64,000 nt of DNA. It comes from an uncultured Bifidobacteriaceae bacterium. GTDB lineage: Bacteria; Actinomycetota; Acidimicrobiia; IMCC26256; DASPTH01. The stretch lies in contig CAZDJK010000002.1 of the NCBI GenBank assembly GCA_964505725.1, forward strand, positions 19,426 through 83,425, written 5' to 3'. Numbering within the stretch: position 1 is the first letter of the stretch; the number at the start of each line of letters is the position of its first letter. The notes under the pieces were generated by a model. The model worked only from the letters and a program-made list of their open reading frames with translations, did not search any database and had not been told where the DNA came from. Below, piece by piece: positions 17,016-24,974 of this stretch. Both the position numbers and the translations under genes were made by a program.

Positions 17016-17456
17016 ATGCCTCCCGACGCTGCGGACCACGACCACGAGATCGACACCGGCAAGGGCACCTTCCAGCTCAGCGAGCTCGGGCACCTCATGC
17101 CGGGGATGGCAGAGATCATGCCGCTCGTCGGCGACCGGATCTGGAAGTGCTACTACGCGGGCAAGGCGCGCAACCGGCCGCTCGCCAAGTTCGAGCTCAA
17201 GGAAGCGGTGAACCTCATGGAGAAGGGCGCGTTCCTGCGCCCGAAGTACGTCGAGAACATGGACAAGTTCATCAACGAGGAGCTCGCCGCGGTCGGCAAG
17301 TGCATCGAATCGGAGGACTGGGACGGTTTCGATGCCGCGTTCCAGGCCATGGTCGACGCCGCCAACGGGTACCACGAGCTCTACGACAAGCCGTTCCTGC
17401 GCTGGAAGATCCCCGACCAGCCGCCGCCCGACCTCGACATGACGCCGCGTCGCTGA
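17016..17456 (+). CDS. Conserved hypothetical protein
   Basis: 146-aa ORF with good codon bias and unusually high Lys content (...RIWKCYYAGKARNRPLAKFELKEAVNLMEKGAFLRPKYVENMDKF...). No family recognised. Confidence 0.6.
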   Translation: MPPDAADHDHEIDTGKGTFQLSELGHLMPGMAEIMPLVGDRIWKCYYAGKARNRPLAKFELKEAVNLMEKGAFLRPKYVENMDKFINEELAAVGKCIESEDWDGFDAAFQAMVDAANGYHELYDKPFLRWKIPDQPPPDLDMTPRR

Positions 17457-17481
17457 CGGCCGTCGCTCCAGGGAGCACCAC

Positions 17482-18228
17482 GTGTACGACGGGATGATGG
17501 CGGAGACCATCAATCTCCGCGGTCACGGCGCTGACGAGATCAACGGCTACCTCGCCCGGCCCCTCGGGCCGGGTCCGTTCGGCGGTGTGGTGGTCCTCCA
17601 CCACATGCCCGGCTACGACGAGTCGACGAAGGAGATCACGCGTACCTTCGCCACGCACGGCTACAACGCGCTGTGCCCGAACCTGCACCACCGCGCGCTC
17701 CCGGGCGGCGATCCCGCGGCCGCGGCGCGCGCGCAGCGCGAGGCCGGCGGGGTACCCGACGAGCAGTGTGTGGGCGACACCGCCGGCGCGGCGGAGGTGC
17801 TGCGCTCCATGGTCACGTCCAACGGGCGGATCGGCGTGATCGGCTACTGCTCCGGCGGCCGGCAGTCGTACCTCGTGGCGTGCTCGCTCGCCTTCGACGC
17901 CGCGGTCGACTGCTACGGCGGGCGGGTGGCGCCGGCCCCCGGCGAGCTCCCACCCGACGCGCCGCCGCCCGTCGTCGAGCTCACCGCCGCGCTGTCGTGC
18001 CCCCTGCTCGGACTGTTCGGCGCCGAGGACCAGCACCCGTCACCCGCGGAGACCGAGCGCATGGAAGCCGCGCTCAAGGAGCACGCCAAGACGTACGAGT
18101 TCCACACCTACGACGGCGCGGGCCACGCGTTCTTCAGCGTCGACCGCCCCAACTTCCGCGTCGAGGCCGCGCTCGACGGCTGGCAGCGCATCTGGGACTT
18201 CTTCGGCCGCTACCTCACAACCGGCTGA
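17482..18228 (+). CDS. Dienelactone hydrolase family protein
   Basis: GYLARPLGPGPFGGVVVLHHMPGYDESTKEITRTFATHGYNALCPNL...IGVIGYCSGGRQSY...YDGAGHAFF. The start could be GTG 17482 or ATG 17494/17497. Confidence 0.85.
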   Translation: MYDGMMAETINLRGHGADEINGYLARPLGPGPFGGVVVLHHMPGYDESTKEITRTFATHGYNALCPNLHHRALPGGDPAAAARAQREAGGVPDEQCVGDTAGAAEVLRSMVTSNGRIGVIGYCSGGRQSYLVACSLAFDAAVDCYGGRVAPAPGELPPDAPPPVVELTAALSCPLLGLFGAEDQHPSPAETERMEAALKEHAKTYEFHTYDGAGHAFFSVDRPNFRVEAALDGWQRIWDFFGRYLTTG

Positions 18229-18269
18229 CCCCGGGGATCACGCCACCCGCATGATGACGGCCGGCGGTC

Positions 18270-18653
18270 TCATCCCGCCGTCCGCCGGGCGCCGCGTGCG
18301 ACACGGGCGGTCACCGTCCGCCAGCCGAGCATCCCCGCAGCCACGAAGGCGACGGCGATGATCGCGAACGCGGTCTTCCAGCCATGGCCCTGCACCACGA
18401 TGCGGACGAGGATCCCGACGCTCACGGTGACGAGCGCGGCGACCGTGGCGCGCCGCAGGTCGAGCGGCGCGCGCCCCAGGCGGGTCACGGCCCAACCTGC
18501 GGCGAGACCGACCGCGAAGGGCCAGAGCACCCGGAAGAAGCCCGCGGTGCCCGCGTCCTCGTGGTGGGTCCGCCGGCCGATCAGCACGAAGACCACAAGC
18601 AGCGCGGTGTCGGCGGCCGCGGCCACCCAGGTGCGGACGTGGGGCTCGGGCAC
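18270..18653 (-). CDS. DUF3054-like membrane protein
   Basis: VPEPHVRTWVAAAADTALLVVFVLIGRRTHHEDAGTAGFFRVLWPFAVGLAAGW.... Four predicted TM segments. GTG 18653 is the chosen start. Confidence 0.7.
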   Translation of the reverse strand: MPEPHVRTWVAAAADTALLVVFVLIGRRTHHEDAGTAGFFRVLWPFAVGLAAGWAVTRLGRAPLDLRRATVAALVTVSVGILVRIVVQGHGWKTAFAIIAVAFVAAGMLGWRTVTARVARGARRTAG

Positions 18654-18725
18654 CGCCCCATGGTGGCCGACCGCGGCGCGGGACCCGGCATCGGCAACTC
18701 CGCCATCGGGTAGGTTCGGCCGGCG

Positions 18726-19472
18726 ATGCCCGTCACCTCGCACGACCACCGCGTGGCGGCCGAGGTCGCGGCGGCCGCGGGCACGCTTCTGCTCGAGCTC
18801 CGGTCGGCGCGCGCCGGCGATCCACCGGAAGTGCTGAAGGACGCCGGCGACCGCGAAGCCCACGAATTCATCGTCGACGAGCTGGCGCGCCGCCGCCCGG
18901 GCGACGCGCTGCTCTCGGAGGAGGGCGCGGACAACCGGGCCCGGATCGGGGCTCCGCGGGTGTGGATCGTCGATCCCCTCGACGGCACGCGCGAGTACGC
19001 GGAGGGTCGCGCCGACTGGGCGGTGCACGTCGCCCTCGTCGTCGACGGGGCGGTCGCCGCCGCCGCGGTCGCACTCCCGGGGGCCGGGCTCACCCTCGCG
19101 ACGGAGCCGGCGCCGCCGTTCCCGCCCGCGCACGCTGGCCCACCGCGTGTCGTCGTGAGCCGGAGCCGGCCGCCCGCCATCGCCGACGAGGTCGCGCGCC
19201 GGCTCGGCGGCGAGCTCGTCCCGCTCGGCTCCGCGGGCGCCAAGACGATGGCGGTCGTGCTCGGCGATGCCGAGGTCTACGTGCACGACGGCGGCCAGCA
19301 CGAATGGGACTCGGCCGCGCCGGTGGGGGTCGCGCTGGCGGCGGGCCTCCACGCGTCGCGCCTCGACGGGTCACCGCTCGTCTACAACCGTCCCGACCCG
19401 TGGCTCCCGGACCTGGTGGTGTGCCGGCCCGAGCTCGCGGCGGAGGTGCTCGCGGTCGTCGCGCACCGGTAG
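18726..19472 (+). CDS. cysQ: 3'(2'),5'-bisphosphate nucleotidase / inositol monophosphatase family
   Basis: LLSEEGADN...VWIVDPLDGTREYAEGRADWAVHVALV...EWDSAAPVGVALAAG. Confidence 0.85.
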   Translation: MPVTSHDHRVAAEVAAAAGTLLLELRSARAGDPPEVLKDAGDREAHEFIVDELARRRPGDALLSEEGADNRARIGAPRVWIVDPLDGTREYAEGRADWAVHVALVVDGAVAAAAVALPGAGLTLATEPAPPFPPAHAGPPRVVVSRSRPPAIADEVARRLGGELVPLGSAGAKTMAVVLGDAEVYVHDGGQHEWDSAAPVGVALAAGLHASRLDGSPLVYNRPDPWLPDLVVCRPELAAEVLAVVAHR

Positions 19473-19513
19473 GCGCCATCTGGGACCACCCCCGTGTCTC
19501 ATAAGTTGGAAGC

Positions 19514-20383
19514 ATGGATCTCCGACGGCTGCGCCTCTTCCTCGCGGTCGTGGACCACGGCGGGTTCACCCGCGCCGCGGAGGCCGAGTTCGTCTCGCAG
19601 CCGTCGGTGTCGCAGGCGATGCGCGAGCTCGAGTCCGAGCTCGGGACGCCGCTGTTCCACCGCGTCGGGCGCGGCGTCCGCCTCACGTCCGCGGGCGAGG
19701 CGCTGGTCTCGCCGGCCCGGCAGGTCTTGCGCGACGTCGACGCCGGCGCGGCGGCGGTCGCCGCGGTTCGCGGGCTGCTCACCGGGCGCCTCGACCTGTG
19801 CGCGCTCGCCACCCTCGCCGTCGATCCCCTCGCGCCCGTGATCGGCGCGTTCCGAACCGCGCACCCGGGGGTGGTGCTCTCGCTCTCGGATCCGGAGGAC
19901 GCGGCCGCCGTCGTGCGGATGGTCTCGGGGGGCGAGTGCGAGCTCGGGCTCACGGTCGACCCCGACGACACGCTGCTCGTGCACGCGCTCGGCCGCCAGG
20001 ATCTGCTCGCGGTGTTCCCGCCCGGCACGCCGCTCCCCGCCGGCGCGATCGCGGTGACCCGCCTGGCGACATCGCCGCTCGTGACATCACCCCCGGGCAC
20101 GTCCACCCGCGTCCTCCTGGAGGAGGCGTGCGCCGGAGCAGGCGTGACACCCCACATCGTCGTGGTCACCGAGCAGCGCGAGGCGATCCTGCCGATGGTG
20201 CTGGCCGGCGCGGGCGCCACCATCCTCCCCCGCCCGCTCGCGGAGACGGCAGCCACGCTCGGCGCGGCGGTGGCGCCGCTCCGCCCGCGCGTGAGCCGCG
20301 AGGTGTCGTTCGTACGGCGCGACGCGCCGCTGTCGCCGGCCGCGGCCGCGTTCCTCGCCGTCGCCGGCGTGGCGGACACCTAG
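19514..20383 (+). CDS. LysR family transcriptional regulator
   Basis: MDLRRLRLFLAVVDHGGFTRAAEAEFVSQPSVSQAMRELESELGTPLFHRVGRGVRLTSAGEAL. Confidence 0.9.
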   Translation: MDLRRLRLFLAVVDHGGFTRAAEAEFVSQPSVSQAMRELESELGTPLFHRVGRGVRLTSAGEALVSPARQVLRDVDAGAAAVAAVRGLLTGRLDLCALATLAVDPLAPVIGAFRTAHPGVVLSLSDPEDAAAVVRMVSGGECELGLTVDPDDTLLVHALGRQDLLAVFPPGTPLPAGAIAVTRLATSPLVTSPPGTSTRVLLEEACAGAGVTPHIVVVTEQREAILPMVLAGAGATILPRPLAETAATLGAAVAPLRPRVSREVSFVRRDAPLSPAAAAFLAVAGVADT

Positions 20384-20781
20384 GACGGCGCAGGGAGACC
20401 GCGGACCGGGCGGACCGGGAGCCCCGCGGCCTTCCACGCCTGGAAGCCCCCGATCAGATCGGTGGCGCGGTGCAGGCCGAGATCCTGCAGCGTGGCAGCG
20501 GCAAGGCTCGAGGAATACCCCTCGTTGCAGACGACGATCACCTCTACGTCGTGGCCGGTGACCGCGGGGAGGCGCGCGTGGCTGCCAGGGTCGAGCCGCC
20601 ACTCGAGCACGTTCCGGTCCACGACGAGCGCGTCGGGGATCTCCCCGTCGGCCTCACGTTGCGCGACGGGCCGGGTGTCGACGATCAACGCGCCGCGGCC
20701 GGCCGCGGCGACGGCTTCCTCGGGCGTCACCCGGTGGAGCCGGGCGCGGGCAGCCGCGAGGAGGTCGTCGACGGTGGGCAT
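20380..20781 (-). CDS. Rhodanese-like domain protein (sulfurtransferase)
   Basis: MPTVDDLLAAARARLHRVTPEEA...ALIVDTRP...VIVVCNEGYSSSLAAATLQDLGLHRATDLIGGFQAWKAAGLP. The ATG overlaps the upstream stop (ATGA). Its 3' end shares a CTAG with the convergent LysR stop. Confidence 0.85.
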   Translation of the reverse strand: MPTVDDLLAAARARLHRVTPEEAVAAAGRGALIVDTRPVAQREADGEIPDALVVDRNVLEWRLDPGSHARLPAVTGHDVEVIVVCNEGYSSSLAAATLQDLGLHRATDLIGGFQAWKAAGLPVRPVRGLPAPS

Positions 20782-21272
20782 CACGTGACCTCGTCGAGCT
20801 TCCCGGTCGCGACGTCGTAGACGAATCCCCGTACGCGGTCCTTCTTCGGGATGAACGGGCTCGCCTTGATGCGCGCGATCGACTGGCGAACGTCCTCCTC
20901 GAGATCGTCGAAGGTCTCCATCGCGAACGCGGGCCGGATCCCCGTGTCCTGCGCGACCTGCGCCTTCAACCCCTCGTCGGTGAACGTCAACATGCCGCAG
21001 TCGGTGTGGTGGATGACGATGATCTCCTCGGTGCCGAGCAGCCGCTGCGAGATCAGGAGCGACCGGATCGTGTCGTCGGTGACCGCACCGCCGGCGTTCC
21101 GGATCACGTGCGCGTCGCCCTCCTCGAGGCCGAGGACGCGGGCCGGGTCGAGTCGGGCATCCATGCACGCGACGACCGCCACGTGCATGCCCGGCGGCAT
21201 CGGAAGGTCGGGCTTGCGGAACGCCTCGGCGTACGCCGCGTTGTTGGCGATCAGGTCGTCGGTTGCGCTCAT
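20781..21272 (-). CDS. Beta-class carbonic anhydrase family protein (Rv1284/CanA-like)
   Basis: MSATDDLIANNAAYAEAFRKPDLPMPPGMHVAVVACMDARLDPARVLGLEEGDAHVIRNAGG...IVIHHTDCGMLTF..FVYDVATGKLDEV. The Cys/His/Cys zinc-ligand pattern is present. Confidence 0.9.
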   Translation of the reverse strand: MSATDDLIANNAAYAEAFRKPDLPMPPGMHVAVVACMDARLDPARVLGLEEGDAHVIRNAGGAVTDDTIRSLLISQRLLGTEEIIVIHHTDCGMLTFTDEGLKAQVAQDTGIRPAFAMETFDDLEEDVRQSIARIKASPFIPKKDRVRGFVYDVATGKLDEVT

Positions 21273-21288
21273 GGCACGCTCCTCCAGG

Positions 21289-21723
21289 TCAGCCCCGCCC
21301 GGTCGCGTCCTCGCTCCGTTTGTACTCCAGCCCGCCGAGGCGCGTGTAGTCGAAGAAGCGCATGGCCGAGAGAGGCGGCGAGTACACGTGGATTGACGTC
21401 GCCGGGACCGGCTCGGCGTTCACGACCCAGTGCACGTGGCCGGGGCCGAACGCGACCGCGTCGCCCGTTCGCAGTCGCCGCTCGACGAGCGCGGGTCGCG
21501 CCTCGACGCGGGTGGAGGTCTCCCGCAGCTCGCCGTCGAGCACGAGCAGACCGCCCGCCACGCCTCCGTGGTCGTGGAGGTCGACGCCCTGCCGTTCGTG
21601 CCATCCGATCAGCCACACGTCGTAGCAGTCGGTGATCCGCACGCGCCTCGACCACCGGGCCTCGGGTGAGGTGCGCGCGAGCGCACGCCAGGTGGGGCGG
21701 TCACGGTCGAGGTCGCGGAGCAC
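21289..21723 (-). CDS. Cysteine dioxygenase type I-like cupin (start uncertain; see the homopolymer finding)
   Basis: ...VWLIGWHERQGVDLHDHGGVAGGLLVLDGELRE...GDAVAFGPGHVHWVVN (H-x-H...H metal motif). GTG 21723 is the first in-frame start. An SD-preceded ATG at 21814 is out of frame by one base across a G8 run. Confidence 0.75.
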   Translation of the reverse strand: MLRDLDRDRPTWRALARTSPEARWSRRVRITDCYDVWLIGWHERQGVDLHDHGGVAGGLLVLDGELRETSTRVEARPALVERRLRTGDAVAFGPGHVHWVVNAEPVPATSIHVYSPPLSAMRFFDYTRLGGLEYKRSEDATGRG

Positions 21724-22101
21724 GTCGAGGATCGACGCGGGCGAGAGCGGGTGTGTGACATCGGGTGTGCAGGAATCGGCAGCACGGGGCAGCAGGGGGG
21801 GGCGCGTTCGACATCCGGTCGTCCTTCCACGAGGGCCGGCAGCGGCGCAGGGTCGCGGGAACCTCAGCGCGCCGGACAGAGCTCGTCGAAGGTGAGCCCG
21901 GACTGCTCGCCCCACGTGTCTTTCATCGTCGGGGGAACAGGGCTCCCGCCGGCGGCGATCCGGGGCTCGGTGCTCACACCAGGACCTTAGCCGGAAAATC
22001 CGACCAGTCAAGTCATATTTTGGGCCGCACGCCTTGCTCTCGCCGCTCAGAAACACTAGCTTGTCCATCAAGTTACTCGACAAAGCAGGAGCAACCCCTC
22101 G

Positions 22102-23169
22102 ATGCGACAGCTCCCGAGACCCGCCGGCTTCACCGCGGTGGCACTCGCTGCGATCGCCGCACTCGCCCTCGCGACGAGCGCACCGGCGTTCGCGGCCAAG
22201 AAGACCACCCAACCGGTGACGCTGCGACTCGCCTACTTCCCCAACGTCACGCACGCGACCGCGCTCGTCGGCGTGCAGGGCGGCATCTTCGCCAAGAAGC
22301 TCGGCAGCGACGTGAGCCTGCAGACCAAGACGTTCAACAGCGGGACCGACGAGCTCACCGCGATCCAGGCCGGCGCGATCGACGCCGGCTACATCGGCCC
22401 CAACCCGACGATCACCGCGTGGACGCAGCTCGACAAGGGCGTCCGGGTGATCTCGGGTGTCGCTTCGGGTGGTGCGTACTTCGTGGTGAAGCCGAACATC
22501 AACTCGGCGGCCGACCTGAAGGGCAAGACGCTCGCCTCGCCCCAGCTCGGCAACACCCAGGACGTGGCGCTCCGCAACTGGCTGAAGCAGCACGGGCTCG
22601 CCACCGACACCAACGGCGGCGGCGACGTGAAGATCATCCCGCAGGACAACGCCACGTCGCTGGCGGCGTTCGAGGCGGGCAACATCCAGGGCGCCTGGGT
22701 GCCCGAGCCGTGGGCGACCCGCCTCGTCAGCGAGGGCGGCGGGAAGATCCTCGTCGACGAGAGCACGCTGTGGCCCCAGGGCAGATTCGTCACCACCCAG
22801 CTCATCGCGACGACCTCGTTCATCAAGGCGCACGCCGACGTGGTGCAGAAGTTGGTGAACGCCCAGGTCGCGGCGAACGACTACATCAAGACCCACACCG
22901 CCGACGCGGAGTCGCTCACGTCGCAGGCGATCCAGCAGATCACCGGCAAGCCGCTGTCGGGCGATCTCATCATCGCGTCGTTCAAGAACATCCAGTTCAC
23001 CAACGACCCGATCGCGTCGTCGCTGGTGAAGGACAACGCGACCCAGAAGCAGTTCGGCTTCCCGGCCGCCACGAGCCTGAAGGGGCTGTACGAGCTGTCG
23101 TTCCTCAACCAGGCCCTGAAGGCCGCCCACGAGCCGCCGGTCAGCGCGAACCTCGCCGCGAGCTCTTGA
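22102..23169 (+). CDS. ABC transporter substrate-binding protein (aliphatic sulfonate/taurine/nitrate NMT1-like)
   Basis: Signal peptide AVALAAIAALALATSAPAFAA, then LRLAYFPNVTHATALVGVQGGIFAKKLG...GPNPTITAW...GKTLASPQLGNTQDVALRNWL. Confidence 0.85.
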   Translation: MRQLPRPAGFTAVALAAIAALALATSAPAFAAKKTTQPVTLRLAYFPNVTHATALVGVQGGIFAKKLGSDVSLQTKTFNSGTDELTAIQAGAIDAGYIGPNPTITAWTQLDKGVRVISGVASGGAYFVVKPNINSAADLKGKTLASPQLGNTQDVALRNWLKQHGLATDTNGGGDVKIIPQDNATSLAAFEAGNIQGAWVPEPWATRLVSEGGGKILVDESTLWPQGRFVTTQLIATTSFIKAHADVVQKLVNAQVAANDYIKTHTADAESLTSQAIQQITGKPLSGDLIIASFKNIQFTNDPIASSLVKDNATQKQFGFPAATSLKGLYELSFLNQALKAAHEPPVSANLAASS

Positions 23170-23984
23170 CGAGCCTGCGCGACCCCGCGCCGTCGACCAC
23201 GACGCCTCCGGCCCCGGACGGGGCCGGAGGCGTCGGCGCGCCTGCGGTCACCCTGGACCACGTCTCCAAGGTCTACGGATTCGCCGGCGACGCGGTGCAC
23301 GCCCTCGACCGGGTCTCGCTCACCGTGGGCACCGGCGAGTTCCTCTGCCTCGTCGGCGCGTCCGGCTGCGGCAAGAGCACGCTCCTGAACATCGTCGCCG
23401 GTCTCGACCGCCCGAGCTCGGGAAGCGTCGACGTGGGCACCCTGCGCACCACCCTCCTGTTCCAGGAGGCCGCCCTGTTCCCGTGGTTGACCGCCCGCGG
23501 CAACGTCGAGCTGCCGATGAAGTTCCGCCACGTGCCGAAGTCGGAGCGTCGCGCCCGCGCCGAGCAGCTCCTCGAGTCGGTGAACCTCGGGGGTTTCGCC
23601 ATCAAGCGGCCGCACGAGCTGTCGGGCGGCATGCGCCAGCGCGTGGCACTCGCCCGCGCGCTCGCCCAGGACGTCGACGTGCTCCTGATGGACGAGCCCT
23701 TCGGTGCGCTCGACGCCATGACGCGCGACTTGCTGCACGAGGAGCTCGACAAGGTGTGGCAGGAGACCCGGCTCACGGTGATCTTCGTGACCCACAACGT
23801 GCGCGAGGCCGTGCGGCTCGGCGATCGCGTCGTGCTCCTGTCGAGCCGACCCGGCCGCGTCGTGCGCGAGTTCCCCGTGCACATCCCGCGGCCGCGTCGC
23901 ATCGACTCGCGTGAGGTCGCCGAGCTCGCGGCCGTGATCACCGACGAGCTCCGAGAGGAGGTGCGCCGCCATGGCGGTGGATGA
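23166..23984 (+). CDS. ABC transporter ATP-binding protein (SsuB/TauB-like)
   Basis: TTG 23166 overlaps the SBP stop (TTGA). VTLDHVSKVYG..LVGASGCGKSTLLNIVAGL..LSGGMRQRVALARALA..LLMDEPFGALD. Confidence 0.9.
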   Translation: MTSLRDPAPSTTTPPAPDGAGGVGAPAVTLDHVSKVYGFAGDAVHALDRVSLTVGTGEFLCLVGASGCGKSTLLNIVAGLDRPSSGSVDVGTLRTTLLFQEAALFPWLTARGNVELPMKFRHVPKSERRARAEQLLESVNLGGFAIKRPHELSGGMRQRVALARALAQDVDVLLMDEPFGALDAMTRDLLHEELDKVWQETRLTVIFVTHNVREAVRLGDRVVLLSSRPGRVVREFPVHIPRPRRIDSREVAELAAVITDELREEVRRHGGG

Positions 23985-24843
23985 GCGACAGCTCACCGAG
24001 CTCGCGACTGGGCTCGACGCGCTCGACGTCCCTCTGCCGCGTGCGGAGAGCCGCGGCCGCAAGCTCTGGCGCGCGAGCTGGCCCAAGCTCCTCGCCATCG
24101 GCATCGTGCTCGGAATCTGGCAGGGACTCGTGTGGCTCGGCTTCAAGCAGAAGTTCCACGCGCTCCCACCGCCGATCGACGCGTTCCGTTCCATCTTCGA
24201 CAACTGGAGCGTCGTGTGGCAGGCGGTGCAGAACACGATGACGCGCGCCTTCTACGGCTACACGCTGGCGCTGATCATCGGCACCACGATCGGCGCCTTG
24301 GTCGCGCGCATCCCGGTGCTCCGCGCCGCGATCGGGTCCATGATCACGGGGCTCCAGACCATGCCCTCTGTGGCATGGTTCCCGGCCGCGCTGCTCCTGT
24401 TCGGCCTGAACCAGAGCGCGATCATCTTCGTGGTGGTGCTCGGCGCGGCGCCGTCGATCGCCAACGGGCTCATCAACGGGATCGACAACATCCCCCCCGT
24501 GCTCCTGCGCGCAGGACGGGTGCTCGGCGCGCGTCGCTTCGCGGCGTTCCGGAGCGTCATCCTCCCTGCCGCCATGCCCTCGTTCATCGGAGGCCTGAAA
24601 CAGGGCTGGGCCTTCGCGTGGCGCAGCCTCCTCGCGGGTGAGCTGCTCGTGCTGATCCCCGGCTACTTCACCCTCGGCCAGCAGCTCGACCAGAACCGGC
24701 TCAATCTCGACAGCGCCGGCGTGTACGGGATGATGATCGTGATCTTCGTCATCGGCGTGCTCATGGACGCGTTCGTGTTCGGCAAGGCCGAGCGGTTCAT
24801 CCGTCGCCGCTACGGGCTGGTCGACCAGGCCTCGCGGGCGTGA
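23971..24843 (+). CDS. ABC transporter permease (SsuC/TauC-like)
   Basis: Six TM segments. IDNIPPVLLRAGRVLGARRFAAFRSVILPAAMPSFIGGLKQGWAFAWRSLLAGE. Confidence 0.9.
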   Translation: MAVDERQLTELATGLDALDVPLPRAESRGRKLWRASWPKLLAIGIVLGIWQGLVWLGFKQKFHALPPPIDAFRSIFDNWSVVWQAVQNTMTRAFYGYTLALIIGTTIGALVARIPVLRAAIGSMITGLQTMPSVAWFPAALLLFGLNQSAIIFVVVLGAAPSIANGLINGIDNIPPVLLRAGRVLGARRFAAFRSVILPAAMPSFIGGLKQGWAFAWRSLLAGELLVLIPGYFTLGQQLDQNRLNLDSAGVYGMMIVIFVIGVLMDAFVFGKAERFIRRRYGLVDQASRA

Positions 24844-24974
24844 GCCGCGCGCGGACGCGCCGGTAGTCTCTCGGCATCGCCGACGTCCCCGCGCTCGTCC
24901 GGACCCGTCCGACGCGGACCGCGGTTCCCGCCCGCGCCGAGCTTCGCCGCGCGCTCCGGGCCGGCGCGCGCATC

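Noticed and set aside
21978-22101. A riboswitch (for example SAM-type) or a strong operator upstream of the Ssu-like importer. The region includes the imperfect inverted repeat GCTTGTC-n13-GACAAAGC at 22059-22086.
   Set aside because: There is no resemblance to SAM riboswitch cores that I can recognise, and no extended conserved helices. The inverted repeat is short and imperfect. At most it is a low-confidence LysR-type site.
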